64,000 bases of DNA, taken from Nymphaea colorata. Its lineage: Eukaryota. The position numbers and the translations under genes were made by a program. The notes below the pieces were generated by a model. The model worked only from the letters and a program-made list of their open reading frames with translations. It did no database searches and had not been told where the DNA came from. Where the stretch lies: NCBI RefSeq assembly GCF_008831285.2, contig NC_045138.2, positions 29,760,001 through 29,824,000 on the forward strand, given 5' to 3'. This document shows positions 23,457 to 37,611 of the stretch, in pieces. Each line of letters starts with the position of its first letter. Positions within the stretch are counted from its first letter, which is position 1.

Positions 23457-25822
23457 ATGAGCGCTTCCAAGTTCATCAAGTGTGTGACAGTGGGAGATGG
23501 TGCTGTGGGCAAGACTTGTATGCTCATCTGCTACACCAGTAACAAGTTCCCGACTGTAAGTTTTCTATCCTTCCCACTAAGTTTTCTATCCTTGGCATGA
23601 CTAAGGAAAAAAAAAACAAGTTATCTTTTTATTATAAATCGTTCATATCCGTCGGAAGTAGCTAGTTGGGTGTTGTTGCTTCACCGCATTAAACGGGAAG
23701 GGTACCATGGTTTCATTTTTTTTTCCTTTTACTTTTGCCGATGGACTCAAGCAGTTTCATTCCAGCAGATGACTTTCATTTGGACAGACTTCATATTTTG
23801 CCTGTAAATCTTGTCTCTGCTCTAGTTTTAAAGAAAGTTTCACTACTTAAAGATGGTTTTGATCTGTTATTCAGACAAAAATAATTGCCTTTAAGATCTT
23901 GGTACGTGGTACTTCTAAAAGTTTCTCTTGCATCATTTTACATGTGTTCACTAGGCGTCACGATACTCCATTATTGACGTTGTTTTGACAATGTTCTTGT
24001 TTTTGTTTTGGGGTTCTGAGCAGGACTATATTCCTACAGTCTTTGACAACTTCAGCGCAAATGTCTTGGTGGATGGAAACGTTGTCAATTTAGGACTTTG
24101 GGACACAGCAGGTATTTTTCTATGAGCAGAAGCTACCATTTAGCTGTGAGCGAGAGAGAGAGAGAGGGAGAGAGAGCGAGAGAGAGAGAGAGAGTCCACG
24201 GTTGGTAGAGGAGGGGCTTCTCTTAGCTGTTTGTTCTTTCTTTTTTTTTTCAAGTCTATCTGCGTGAACTTTACTAACTGGAGAAGGGCACATTCACAGG
24301 CCAAGAAGATTACAGTAGGTTAAGGCCACTGAGTTACAGGGGAGCTGATGTGTTTGTTTTGGCCTTCTCTTTGCTCAGCAGGGCAAGCTATGAAAATGTC
24401 CTAAAGAAGGTCAGCACCTCTTTACTCTCTTAGTCGCTGTTCTCTGAGTCAGATTATCCTCGTTCATAACATTTTTGTTGCAACTTTTCAGAGCCATCTT
24501 ATTTGTTTTGCTCGGCTAACTCTTAACAATTGTGTGTCTTTTGTGCTGTGCAGTGGATGCCTGAGCTTCGACGGTTCGCCCCCAATGTTCCAATTGTTCT
24601 CGTTGGAACCAAATTAGGTGCGTTCATCGATCCATTTGATTGTAAATTTCACTTGAACGCTTTTGTAGTCCACATTTAGGCATAATCATTGAAATGTTGT
24701 TGTTATACTCTTTGTTACTGTATAATGGACATGTAATTTGTCATGGTATTTTGCAACGAAAAGATTGTTCACGGAAGATTATTCACGGAAATATGACCTG
24801 TCATAAAATTTTTCCTGAATCTTTTTCAGATCTCCGTGATGATAAAGGTTATCTGGCTGATCATACGGGTTCCGGCGCAGTAACAACAGCACAGGTAAAA
24901 GGGCTCCCGTGATTTTGCCTTACCCTTAACCTGATTCTTCTTGTTCTAATCACTGGCGTACTTGTTTCAGGGGGAGGAGCTAAGGAAGCAGATCGGTGCT
25001 GCCGCTTATATTGAATGTAGCTCCAAAACTCAGCAGGTTGCTAATTCTCGATCGCTCGACACTGAATGCAATTTTTTTCCTTCTGAAAACTGTTTCATTT
25101 TCATCTATTAGTAATTACAACTTATTTGATTTGGAATCTTTTCCATTGGAAAGTTATGGACATGCTTTTCTCCATTTTTTTCTAATGCAGAATATCAAAG
25201 CTGTTTTTGATACTGCTATAAAGGTTGTCCTTCAACCCCCAAGAAGGAAGGAAATGATTAAAAAGAAAAAGAGAAGTTCTGGCTGCTCAATCATGTAAGT
25301 GCTATTTGGACCAAGCACATGGAATGTTCATTCAAAAGATTGATCCTTTTAGGTGTATAGAGAAAACGGAAGATTTTTTGGACCAAGCACATGGAATGTT
25401 CATTCAAAAGATTGATCCTGTTAGGTGTATAGAGAAAACGGAAGATTTTGGGATGCTCCCTTTTATCTGATGATGAAGGAACCTACAGTAACAAAACGAT
25501 GCCTGCTTTTCAATTCATAATTACTTTCAAGATTCATCTGCAGTTTTCATATTTATTTTGCTATTTGTTCTGCCACCATTCGCCCCATGAAAATTACTTT
25601 TCTTGACGTCTTCTTCGTAGTTCTGAAAACATGGGTGCCTTTTAATCAGAAGATTCATAACACGTTTTATCTCACATCTTAATGAATTTACAAACCTATG
25701 ATTTCTTTCATTTTCAACTTCGTAAATAAATCTTTTTAGTTGCATAACAAGTTCTGTTGATTAACATTGCTTTTACTTTGTACAGGAGTATAATGTGCGG
25801 AGGCACATGTGTTGCTTATTGA
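23457..25822 (+). CDS. ROP9: Type II ROP/RAC small GTPase (ROP9/ARAC7-like), 210 aa. Exons 23457-23555, 24024-24111, 24300-24409, 24554-24617, 24830-24894, 24971-25036, 25191-25294, 25786-25822
   Basis: [66 protein letters not shown], polybasic tail and an extra terminal exon giving [18 protein letters not shown]. All introns are GT-AG and exon lengths sum to 633 nt. Confidence 0.95.
25306..25450 (+). repeat. Tandem duplication of ~72 bp in the last ROP intron
   Basis: ttggaccaagcacatggaatgttcattcaaaagattgatcct..taggtgtatagagaaaacggaagatttt occurs twice. Confidence 0.9.
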
Positions 25823-27915
25823 TGATCTTTGTTTTGGAAGGGGTTTTGATGCTCGTAGATGCGCAACACCATGCTTGTGTGCGTTCATCATATCAGGACA
25901 ACCTGCTTCTCATGTTTCACGAATATATATATATATCTTTTATTTTTGTTTTAGTCTTGTAGCATCATGACGCACAGATAACATCTGATATGTTTGTTTT
26001 GAGTTCCCTACTGTTTGTAATGGCTGAAAGGAAGATCCTTTCTTCCAATGAAGAGAAATTTACGTGGTCTTCTAATTTCTACGTTTTCAATCTATATCCT
26101 GTGCTACTATATCATGTAAAAAAATTTGGAATCATCTCTGACTGACTGATGCAACGATTTTTTTGCTACAATTCCAGCTCTCTACTGATACAGACTTTCG
26201 AAGCTTTTATTTCATAACCCACATATAAGCATCTAGTGTTAATTTAACTTAATCTGCAACTTCAACATCCATATAAAAATGGCAACCTTGCTCTCTTCTT
26301 GCAAATGCCCTATCAAGTGAGAAAAAACCAAAAGACGTTCTGTTCCATATGAGGTTACAGCCTTACAGGTCACAGTTTTCATTGGTAAATTCTTAGCAAC
26401 AGCTGTTAGTTAGAAGCACTCCGGTTGAAGCTTACAAAAGTTTTATCTTTAGGACAACTCTTCAAAAGAAGCGAATATCTGGGAAATCAACAGGTCAATT
26501 GTCCAACTTTTAGATCACTGCTATCTTTGATAATCGAATGGAAAAAATTTAATCCTCATGCCTCGATTCCTCCTTTGCTCCAGGAAGTGACCACAGATTT
26601 GTCGTGCATAAGGAGAAACAAGCGCACATGAAACCGAACTTATAATGCTCATCTGACAGCCATGAATCGCCCCCACTATGCCGATCCCTTTGGGCCTCCA
26701 CCACTGTTAGTTGTTGGGGTGGGCAATACAGCACTTTTGCCAGAACCTGTCTGGTTTTCTCCCGGCGCACACTTGACTGTTTCTCTTCATTGCTTTTTGT
26801 TGCTGCCAACTCCACCATTCATGCCCCCCATTAATGAATTTGTCTGTCAGTTGCAGATTGAAATACAATTGAGAGGTGGTAATTATGAGGAAAGATCAGT
26901 AGTTCAGAAAAAAGTATTGAATCAGCACATCTGCAATGACATGATACATTTATGACATAATAATCTAGTCATTTTCATGGAATCTATTTTTGTTTAGCAG
27001 AATTTCTTAGAAGTTCATGGGGAAAAACTCGGTTTCATTGCTGGACATTGGACCAATACTGAATCTCCAAGGGATTATTTTAAGCCCCTTTGGATTAGAT
27101 GGGCATCTTTTGAATACCTGAATTACTGTAGCAGAAATCTCTTGATTATCAACCCTATGATGAGTTTCGTAATGCTGGCATATGTCTAACTAAATAATAA
27201 GCTTAGTAAGCATTGGTAAAGGCTGGTTAAAGTTAAAGTGCAGAACTGTGGTGTGAGAATCACTGTTTCCACAGAGGTATCACGTTGAAACCAATAATCA
27301 ATTTCATCAGAATAAGTCGCCAACCGATCCTTTATTTTCTTTCACAGTTATGGCATCTGCTTGGTAACATGATTGAGGCATCTAATGTGTATTTAGACTC
27401 TGATTGGACATTGCAAGTCATTCTGACAATGCATCAGTTCATGTTTCTGAGTTTAATTCTTCCAATAGACTGAACCAATTCGAAACAACTCAGGCAGATT
27501 CTCTGAATCTCTTTGGGGAATTCTACGTACCAAAATTGATAAAAACCATTGCCTTCAACCAAAGAAAAGATCATTATGCCAGAACCCCGAAATAATGTCA
27601 TTGCTGTCATTTTTTACTTCCTTATGAAGCATAAACTTTAAACATGGGATCGATGGGATCTCTTTTGGGAACCCCATTTGTCGTAATCTTCCGACACCCA
27701 GAAGGAGCAGAAATGCTCAGAAGTTCCCATATAGGCTACCATCCCAAGACAAGAGAGCTGCACACGTTACATATTACACAGCATTTAAACTGAACATAAA
27801 ATAAAGGAAACGGTATCTTTCCGTGTTGCTCTCTCATTTGTTTACTTCAATGCAAGCAGATTTCGCTTGCTGAATTATTTGTCTCGAATCAAATAACATA
27901 ACTTGAAAAACAAGT

Positions 27916-27957
<42 letters not shown>

Positions 27958-28391
27958 AACCCAAACCAGGAGAGATATAACTCTGCAACACTGCCAGTTC
28001 ATGGATTATATATTGTAAAGATAACAGAGAAGAGGTTGTAAGGAGTGCCAACCCTTCTGTATCTAAGCTCCACTGCTCAAACCATATTACAAAGGGAAGT
28101 TCCTTCCTGTACCTTTTCGAAGACAAACCGAAGAAAATGACAAGAGATATGGCAATGGGGAAGGCTTGGGCTTAATTGCCAGGAGTGTTGAGTAACTTGA
28201 GTTGCTTCTTCCTTCCTGGCTTTTCCGGAACTATTGATCCAAAAAGCAGTAGCCCACAAGACGGTCATCAAGATTCCCATTTCCCCAAGTAAAATATTCC
28301 TATCACAAGCATCATGTGTAGCATTCATGGCGTATCCAGCGGGATCATCTGTCAGTGCCACCACCCGTCGACCGTCGTCTTTGTCCCATAG

Positions 28392-28666
28392 CAAGAGTTG
28401 TCAGAATCGGGATTGAAATCAGTGGCAAAGCGATTCAATTCGGAAGCTAGTTTAAAAAATATCAGATTGCAGTTTTGACTATTTCTTAAAAATATTTTAA
28501 GATTTTCTAATAACTGTATTTATATTTTTCGCATTTATGTTTTCGAGAAATGATTCTTTTAATATCCTTTACAATTCATACTAATTTCAGCCGAATCAAT
28601 GAATTGCCGATTCATCGAACCGCCAGATTCACCGACTCAATTCAATAAATGCTTTCTACAACAGTG
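28392..28666. mobile_element. hAT-like MITE
   Basis: Imperfect TIRs caagagttgtcagaa and ttctacaacagtg, CGATTC subterminal motifs, AT-rich core. Confidence 0.45.
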
Positions 28667-31054
28667 CACGTATAAGTTCTAGGAGATGGCAGCCGCACCA
28701 TCATGATTTTCTTCTGAATCACAGACCAGAGACCACCAAACTACCCCATTCTGAACACAGACACCGACAGTCCCAGCGCATGAATAACCCGTGTAGGCTG
28801 CATTTATAAAAAATTCTTGGTATATCTTCTCATGTATTATATCATTCAACGTTTCATAGTTCATACAACTAAAATGAGTTAACATGGGCTTTCTAGCTTT
28901 TCTCCTTTTCTCGGGTATCTTCTCAATAAATGGTTCGTTGGAGGTCCATTAATGGAGGAAGGAGAAGGAAATTAATGGAGTTGCAGGAGTGGCAGCAAGA
29001 AATACTGCTAGGCCATTTAATTTTAATGGAAATGACAGTTGAGTAGGCACCACCTGTCAGGCAGCCATTATGCACTCAGATGAAGTCGAGCTAACCTGGA
29101 CCATCCTGCAGTCACATTCACAGGCATCCTCACGTGCTGTTGAATCGCTTTCAGAACGGTTATTGCCGATATGAACTTCAGCCGATACGAATCGGCCATG
29201 TATCGAGATATTTCCTCCTTTTATTTAAACTTTAATAAAGATTTAAAAAATATTTAATAAAATCAAACTACTTAATCTTCCAAGCTGTGTATCTTCCAAC
29301 ATGGTTTTAACAAGCGGCCAGTCTGACGAATACGGCCGATACACTGCCCATACTGACAACACTGCGAGAGAGAGGGAGAGCCTAGAGAGGCAGGCTCTCT
29401 TTCTAAAGGCTCGTGGCATGAGGCAAAAGCATCCTGGCGTATGAGTTTGTTTTGGTTTGTGACCCAACGCTTGTGTGTGCCAGAAAAAGAAAGAGAGAGC
29501 CGACAAAATGGAAAATCATTAACAAAATTGAGTGATTAACAAAAAAAAGTCAGCAAAAACAAGAAGAGAAAGCAAAGAAGCAACTAATCAAAGCAAAGAA
29601 CAAGAGATCTGAGAAAGAGAGAGAGGGGGGAGGGGAGGTAGAGAATAAAAAACTAATCAGTAGCCGAATTAACTCGTTCATCAAGACGGAGTGCAAGATG
29701 GACATCAGCCTTGACTAAATAGATAATAGAGTCTGCAGATGCAGTTGTCTTTCTGAACACCTTGTTGTTGCTCTCCTTCGAAACGTTCGCCTAGTATATC
29801 GCCAAGAGGTATAGTACAAAGGGGTGAAAAGAAGGAACAAACTAGAGGAGGGAGGGTCAGGCGAGAGCTATGACAAAGAAGGCCAAGCATAGGAAAGGAT
29901 ATGACAAAAATTCGCTGGACGTTTAAGCTGCATGAGTTTACTTATTATTTAACAATAAAAAATTCGCTGGTGCTTATAAAATTCAACTTACACACCAGAC
30001 TTTCTCATTTTATTTTCTAATTCAATAATTTTGGACATTTTGCATGTGTATTTTTTTCATGACAACTGAATTCAATAAAGAAAAAAAACTTAGCTGGGTA
30101 GTCCTAAATGTTATATTTCTAGACATCAAAACCTAAGGACCCTAAATATAGACAGAGCGAGCCCCACACTTTAGGGGTGCTTTGTGGCGTTTGCTCGTCA
30201 ACATGACATGACAATGTGCAGGCTGCCACCCGCGGACACCGGGGAGACTAGAAGAGTCCGTCAACCATTTCTAGAAGATTTGCATAACTGGAAGAACTTT
30301 CAGGAAGTGTGGAAATAAAGATTGGATCAGGGAGTAACTCATTTCTGTTAGGTACCCGGATCCCCTGAATCAAGGAAGGGTTCTTTTCTAGATGCAATGC
30401 ACGACCGGACTTCAAAGCATCATAAGGGGTGGATAAACACAACCCCTGCCATTTCAGCCCTTTAATGCAATTATGCAACCCTTCGGCTCAACTCTCAACA
30501 CTGCCTGAAGAAGATTATTAGTACCCATGAAAATCGAACATGAACATAAGACACACTTGTTAATGCTTTTTGAGCCCAACTAGCTATGCTTCACACTTTT
30601 TGAAAAGAGGAAGAGAGAGAGACACACACACACACATAACGTGCACAGTAGACCAACATCGAACAAAGAGTGTCAGGCACTCACCATTCTGATTTGGAGA
30701 GATATGATCAGCTAGTCTAACCTCCTATAGCTTGAACTCTTATGTTCCATCAGTTAGGAGTTAGTAATTGCTGACATGTAGAGTATAAAACAACCAAAAC
30801 CGATTATAAATGGAACCGACTTTTGATGACTGAGACAGCGGCAACTGTAAGCACAGGTCGCCATGGCTTGTTGTCTACTCTCTAGCATGAACAGGCGCAA
30901 GATCATTATATCATGCCACGAATCAACCATAACTTACAGAAGCCGCGTGTAACAAAAGCTTTCAGACGGCGAACTTCATAGTTCATAATTTTAAGGCGTA
31001 AGCTTTGAACGTAGCTACAGATTTAGGATAAGCGATAGAAGCCAAGTTACGATC

Positions 31055-32989
31055 TTATGTTCCACGGTTAAACAGCTGCTGCCACCACCACCTTCTCTCA
31101 GCAGGTGGTGGTGTTAAGAGGTCCAGTATCGTTTGCTTCTCCTTTACTGTCAACGGCACGCCTCTCACAAGGTCTAATGTCATAACGTACACATTTGTCT
31201 TCTGCCTCCGTCTCTGGTAAGCCCAGACTCCGGCAGCTGCACCAGCTACCACAAACTGTGCAAGACAAAGGAAATTAATGCAACCATATGAATTTTACTG
31301 TAGAGAAAAGGAAAAGACAACAGCAGCAGCCACATGTTAGCTGAATCTACGTACAATTTCTGTTCCCCATCCAATTACTACCATTCAAAATGGTTATTTC
31401 AGCACTTGAAGATGTGCACAGTCATATTCAAACCATAGAAGATGGATACATACATGCAGTGAAGAGTGGTTTTATATGTTCGGTCCAAATCCTTTTATTT
31501 GCTCATATAAATAAGAATGAACCATAAGCTGTTAATTATTTGCTTTAATATTGTTCATAGAATTAAAGCAGAAAGTACATGAAGGCAGGATGATGGCGAG
31601 ATGAGACAAAAATCCGTACATTTTTTAGACTGGTGGCACCAATCTAGATCAGATACCTTGGGCAATAGTACATCTCCAAAAATGAACACTGGTATGGGAT
31701 CAAACATTAAAGTAGCCATGCAATGAAGCTCAACATCGACTTCATTTATGGTGAATGTTCATGCTATTTCAGAATTTTGCAATCACCAATCTTAATTCTG
31801 AAATCTCCAGACCTTTTCTTACAGGCCCTCAAGAGGGAACCTCAGAAACCATTTAAGATACACCTGTGGCTTATTTTCAAGATGACAGGCAACAATATAT
31901 CTTGGTAGCTGGAATAGAACCACCAGTCAAGCTCCAGAAATTGATGTAGGCTTAGAAAAAACCTAGAATTAATATAACTTTTACAAGCATAACAATTTCC
32001 TTTTCCTAGAAATTGGTTTTACATATGGTGATATTAAAGATGATGTCAACAGTCAGTTATCATAATAGAAAAGGACTGAAGGAGTCAAAAGAGGAATTCA
32101 TAGGGCTTTACAAAGTCAACGACAACCAACCTTCCAAGTTCCAAGTAAGGGCAGAAGAAACACAGGATTTTTGCACATTAAAAATTTAAGGAAAATTTTC
32201 AAAACAAACTTAAAAATTTGGAGATAATGAAAAACACACCTAACATTTCAACATCATTAAACCAAAACTCAGCTTTTCCAATGTTAAAAAGATCCAACAA
32301 ATTATTTCTGCTAGCAGTCAAATTAATGAAAATTATCATTATATCCTCTAAAGACTTATATGGAATTTACACCTAGCTGTAACTATGCCTAGGTTTCTCT
32401 CGGATAATTTTTTAAAATTAATAAAGAAGTCTTTTTATATAATTTAGATATTGATAAGAAAGGATTTGGATATAGTTAATAATGTGCTAGTATTATTGGG
32501 ATAGCTACGGAGGCTAATGCAAATTAATGAATTAACACTTACTTCAACCTAAATTAGTGATGAGCTAGGGATAAATTGACAGACATCATTATGTATGCTC
32601 TTAACAAATTTGAAAACTTAGGTGTGATTTTCAACTTCAGATGTGGCTTCCAAAATTTAACCAATTTATTCATGCATCAATGACTATGTAACACCGGTAC
32701 CTAAGAAATCTTCCGTATCCATGCCAGACTTGCCAGTATTGCACTTCTTAGACACGGGTATGGGGGACCATTTGGGCACTTTTCCGATCAGATTTGGGTT
32801 AGACCAAGTTTCATCAAAATTTTGAGTGAAAGCTGTCAAGTCTCAACCTTTCACCTTATTTTGTCATTGTTTTAATTTTAATTTAATAAAATTATTTGTA
32901 TCAATTATTTACTTTGGAACTTTGTTGTTTGATGAACTTTGTTGTTTGATGTACCATTTATGAACCTATGAACTATTTTGCTTCAATTC

Positions 32990-33020
<31 letters not shown>

Positions 33021-33615
33021 CCCACACACACAGTTGTATCCATGTACCCACATTTTTTAAAATTTCCATGGCCAAACCATTCCACCATACTTGCACCCAC
33101 ACCCATGTTATTTAGATCATCAAGCATAGGCTTCAGGATTATTTTCATGTAGAAGGAAAAGGCAACACAACTAAAAAAGGTAAGCAAATGTGCTAATAAT
33201 TACCGGAGACAACCAGATTGCAGCAGTCTGAATGTCAAAACGTGGAGCATAAAGTACTGTCTCACCAAAATCTTCTTCAAGTTTTTTATAAATTTCTTTG
33301 TCAGACTTGCCAGCCCTAATCTCATCCCTGATCAACTGTAAGAAGTGAAAAATGTCATATAAGATGTGCAAAATGTAATGCTATGGATATTAATATTAAA
33401 TTAGAATGACAATGCACTTCTTCCTAGATTTTCCTTGGCATCAACGCCTTGAAAGTTATCTAAGAAATTACCTTCCTAAGGAGAATTGCAACATCTGCCT
33501 GTGAGTCTTCAATAGACTGGCTTCCACACTCTGTACAACGTACATTGTGACTGATGTTCCTAGCTCGAGCTTCAACTATTCGCGCCTTCTTAACTTGATC
33601 TTCTTCACTCTCCAT
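31055..33615 (-). CDS. CCMH: Mitochondrial cytochrome c-type biogenesis protein CcmH-like, 158 aa. Exons 33615-33472, 33335-33204, 31255-31055
   Basis: ARARNISHNVRCTECGSQSIEDSQADVAILLRK|LIRDEIRAGKSDKEIYKKLEEDFGETVLYAPRFD..WLSP|FVVAGAAAGVWAY. RCxxC motif, one TM segment, phase-0 GT-AG introns. Confidence 0.95.
32684..33116. mobile_element. hAT-like MITE in CCMH intron 2; inverted partial relative at ~41995-42147
   Basis: Ends ctatgtaacac and catgttatttag resemble those of the 53255-54051 element. 32965-33080 is the approximate reverse complement of 42025-42147. Confidence 0.5.
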
Positions 33616-34861
33616 TTTAATAGAAGGACTAGAAGGCGTAACAACAGAGAACAAATGTTACTTGTTAATTCACTCTCTTGTGTTCGAGAAGCAACTTTTC
33701 TTTCTTGTGGGAGCGTGCCATGCATCAGGGTACTAGAAGATGAAGGGAAAACAGAAGAGCAAGAAATAATACATAAACACATGCAAGTACTCACACATAA
33801 ACATACACCTTTTTAATGAGTACATGCGTGCAAGAAGCAATTATGGTGTAATCAAAAGAAAGCATGGCGCTTGCATATCAAGAAGCAGTGCTAGAGAACC
33901 ACAATATGAAGCTTCATTTGCGTAGTCCAGTTCATATATAAGCAAGAAAATTGAACAAAGAATGATCTCTCTTCTTTCAGGCATTTCAACAAACAGTTGG
34001 ACTACAACTAAAATTAATCATTTCATCAACAACCTTTCCCCTGTTTTCCACAACAATGAATATACATCTCTCAACGATCATTGCCATCTCAAACAAGCCA
34101 TTATGAACTTAAAAAAACCACCAAAATTTTAATTATCAATTTGCTGCTGCTACATCAACTATCAAGAGAAACAGAAAGGGTATTGAAGAAGATGCCTACA
34201 TGCCACAAAGTTTGATCTCGCGAAATGAAATTTCAAAAAAACAAATAACATGCATACCGTCTGAATCTCCCAGAAAACACTAAGGATTGGATGAAAATCG
34301 GCGCCCTCAACGGAAAGGAAGATTGACGTGAACGCGGACTGAAGCCACGGGGCTCGCACTGCAAGGTTTCGTTCGGGCAAATAAGGCTGTGAATGGATCG
34401 GATTGTTCAAAGGTACTCGATCCAGATACCATCACTCGGATAAATCTCTAGACTGGGGCGCTCATTTGGACCGGATTCGTTTTTTTCGCTCAAATTGGAT
34501 TCTCTTCGGGTTCGTCGGGCTTTTGAAGTTGCTTCGATCAATACCCAAATGAAACCCAATCGCTTCTCTCTCCCCAATATAAGAAAGGATCTGGGGACTA
34601 ACTCAAAAAAAATCTTCGTTCAAACCGATCAAGAACTGGAACTTTCTCCACATTTTGATTGCAAGGTTAATGGAAGATTTGATGAATACAACAGAAAAAG
34701 GAAGCTTGTGTTTGAGCTAATCACGTGAATGGGAGCAGTAAAAGATCTAGGAGCAACAACGTCGAAAGCGAAAATCTAAAAAACAAAAGGGACCAGATCA
34801 GACTATCGATTGATCGGAAGAGTTTACATGTTGGGGGGTTGGAGTAGTTTAGTTTGGCTTT

Positions 34862-37611
34862 TCAATCGAGTTCCCAGCCGGGGAATTCCAGTAGCACGGT
34901 AAGACGGTCCGGCCGGGTTGCCCGATGTTCCTCCACCGCCAGCCTCAATCGAACCACAAGATCCCAGGAGCGCCGCGCTTCCGCCGATGGGCTGATGATT
35001 ATGGACGTCAGTCCCGGCGCCGCCTTGAGGAAGTACCGGACGAGCTCCTCGTCCCTTTGATAGCCTCCATACTGCTGCATAGTCAACGTCCTCAAATATG
35101 CGAGTGCAACTCTGACCTTCCTTAGCACGAACCGTGGATCCATTCCGTCCTCTGACGGGTTCATCTCGAACTAATAAAAATACAAAAAAAAGCACATGAA
35201 ACCACGTTATATATATATATATGTATATAATTAGTTAAACCAATATTATTTTGAGATTGGTTTTAATATTTGAGATTGGTTTTTCAAGTATCTTTAGTTT
35301 GTAGGCCTGTCAATATTAGTCTTTGTGGAGAAAATTAAGGAAAGAGAGACAGAGCAAGGAAAAAAGGGGAGGCCTCCAAGTGAACCTAGTTTTAACTCAT
35401 TAATTCTCTCTCTCTATATGTGGACATGTGCGCAAATGTGCCTTAAAAAAGTTTTGTGCATGAAACCTGACTTTAGGAATTTGGGTTGCAAATCCTTTTC
35501 TTTTTTACTTGATATCAACATAAAAATGCGTTCAACATAAGATCAAAATTTAGAAAATAAACTATTAACTGATTCTATTTCTCTGCCACTAATAGATACG
35601 TCCAACTGAGCCAAAATTTGAAGTAATCACCAATTAACACTTTCAACTTGATAAACTAATTGTATGAATCACATCTCATTCAGGTTAGGAACAAAAGGAA
35701 ACAAAGAATAAATGAAAATACAGAACTAGCTAGATTAATGTGCAAATAGAGTTCATAACACATGTATGCATGTATATGCATACCTCGATTTGGAAGTCAC
35801 TAGATTCTTTATTGTGCATTTCAAAAATTTGGTTCATATTTTCAGATATGTAGGTTTACCAGCCAGATGGGAACTTGTTCGTTTTCATTGATAATAATTG
35901 GATTCAGATTCGATTCAGAAACTCAACTTTAATGCTTCTCATATTCGAACATCGTTCGAGAAGTGTGCCAAGCCCGCGTAACTCCTCTACTGTGAGCCTT
36001 GCTCCCTGCACCACCATTTCCTCCACACCCGATAAGTGGTTCCGGAACTCCGGCAACAGGTACAGATAGCACCACCTCCCGATAACCTTCCATGAAAGGG
36101 AAATCAACAACGGACAAGTACAGAATAAATACATAGACGATTGAATTCATTCATATATACATCGCAGTTTGATTGAAGCTATACGTAAGTATGAACTCCA
36201 CATGAAACGATAATGAATTAAAGAGCAACCGATGCAGTAATGAAGTTGGTAAGGATCAAATATGATATTTGCAGCTTGGAATTAATGCAGAGAAACTCAG
36301 AGAAATGGAATTGCAGAGACAAGCAACAAACGCACGATAAGTGTTCTCGCGGTGAGGATCAGCAAGCGAACAACACGAAGGCGTGAAAATGCATAGGTGA
36401 TGATGAATTTTCTGCGCATCAGCATCGACGGATGTAGAGGATTGATGTCCAGTCGAGCAGTTGGCCTTTCCTCGTGGGAGAGACGGAGAACGTCTTCGAC
36501 CTCCTCCAAGACCAAGTTGGGCATGTTGAATTCGAAGGGAGGACGGCCCCTGAGGAAGAACTTGATCAGGTGTGGAGCTTCCACGGGGAGTTCCGCGCCG
36601 AGGCACGAACAGTCGGAAATGGAGAGGGTGTGGAGCAGGGGGAGGTCGCGAAGCAGGGACTGGAGAAAGAGGAAGGTGACGTGGGAGTTGGCTATGGCGA
36701 GAGTGGTGAGGGAGGGGAAGTCCATGGAGGAGCAGTGCTGATTGAAGCGGCAGCGTCGGAGTTGCAGCACCCTCAGTGATGTGCAGCCGTACTGATTGAA
36801 GTTCAACCTGTACTCCTCTTTGGATTCGGCGTCAACGTTGATGCAGATTTCCTCGATCATTAACCTTGAGAAAAAGACTTGAGCCAATAGTTGATCTCCT
36901 GCTTGATTGGAGCATCTCGAAGATTGTATCTGTTTCCAAGTATACAACATGTTGAAGAGAAAGATCATATGGTGTATTTATAATCTGCCATACTATATTT
37001 TGTCAGAATTTCAATCTCTACCAGCATTTTTTTTATAAATAAAGAAAAAGATACATAATCCCCAAGATTCATTGCTTTCCTTTTTTTGTGATAGAGAGAG
37101 ATCTTAGGTCTCTTACCAATATTCGGGAGGCATGTAGAATTCAGAAGATTTTAGATTGAATTCTTGCGAGTTAACAGTAGACCAGTACATTTAAACCATA
37201 CCCTTATGCTCAGAATTCTGGAAAAGTACCTTTTAATTGATTAAATTTTGTAGTGAAACTGCACTAAGAAATTCTGCAGCGGCGTTGCATCCGATTCCTA
37301 GCTAGCTACAAAATTTACCTAATGCTGAAACGTTCAAGCGGCTTCCGACCATCCCGGATCGACAGGAGACGGGTGACTGCTTCAGTAAAGTTGCGTCTGG
37401 CCTGTTTCTGAGACGACCGGCGAAGCGAAGGAACGGGGAAATCGGCGATGTCGAACTCCAGGGCCGGCAGTTTGGGCAACAGCCTCCTCCACCGACCTGT
37501 CGCGGCGCAGGTTCTTATCGTGGACTTGAGATCCAGATGCCTGAGAATTTTAAGCATGATGGTCTCCTTGAGATCGGTGATTCGAGTAGCCCTTTTTCTT
37601 CTCCGAGGCAT
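34862..37611 (-). pseudogene. F-box/LRR/FBD-like gene copy A; 1-nt deletion in exon 2 near 36866. Putative exons 37611-37319, 36929-36336, 36086-35904, 35170-34862
   Basis: F-box-like RITDLKETIMLKILRHLDLKSTIRTCAATGRWRRL, LRR-like SLRVLQLRRC..FPSLTTLAI..LPLLHTLSISDC, FBD-like LRTLTMQQYGGYQRDEELVRYFLKAAPGL. Exon 2 is 594 nt against 595 in copy C. Confidence 0.75.

Noticed and set aside
29385..29505. Possible MIRNA hairpin (ggctctcttttct ... agaaagagagagcc, with gcgtatgag resembling miR160*)
   Set aside because: Pairing is limited to GA/CT simple sequence and no mature miRNA sequence is present.
26400..30520. Short ORFs between ROP and CCMH (28077-28394, 30248-30478)
   Set aside because: No recognisable domains or consistent exon chain; may be UTR or lncRNA but unsupported from sequence alone.
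36256..36779. Alternative-frame and antisense ORFs over F-box exon 2 (also 48640-49163)
   Set aside because: Shadow ORFs of a GC-rich exon; their recurrence reflects the duplication only.
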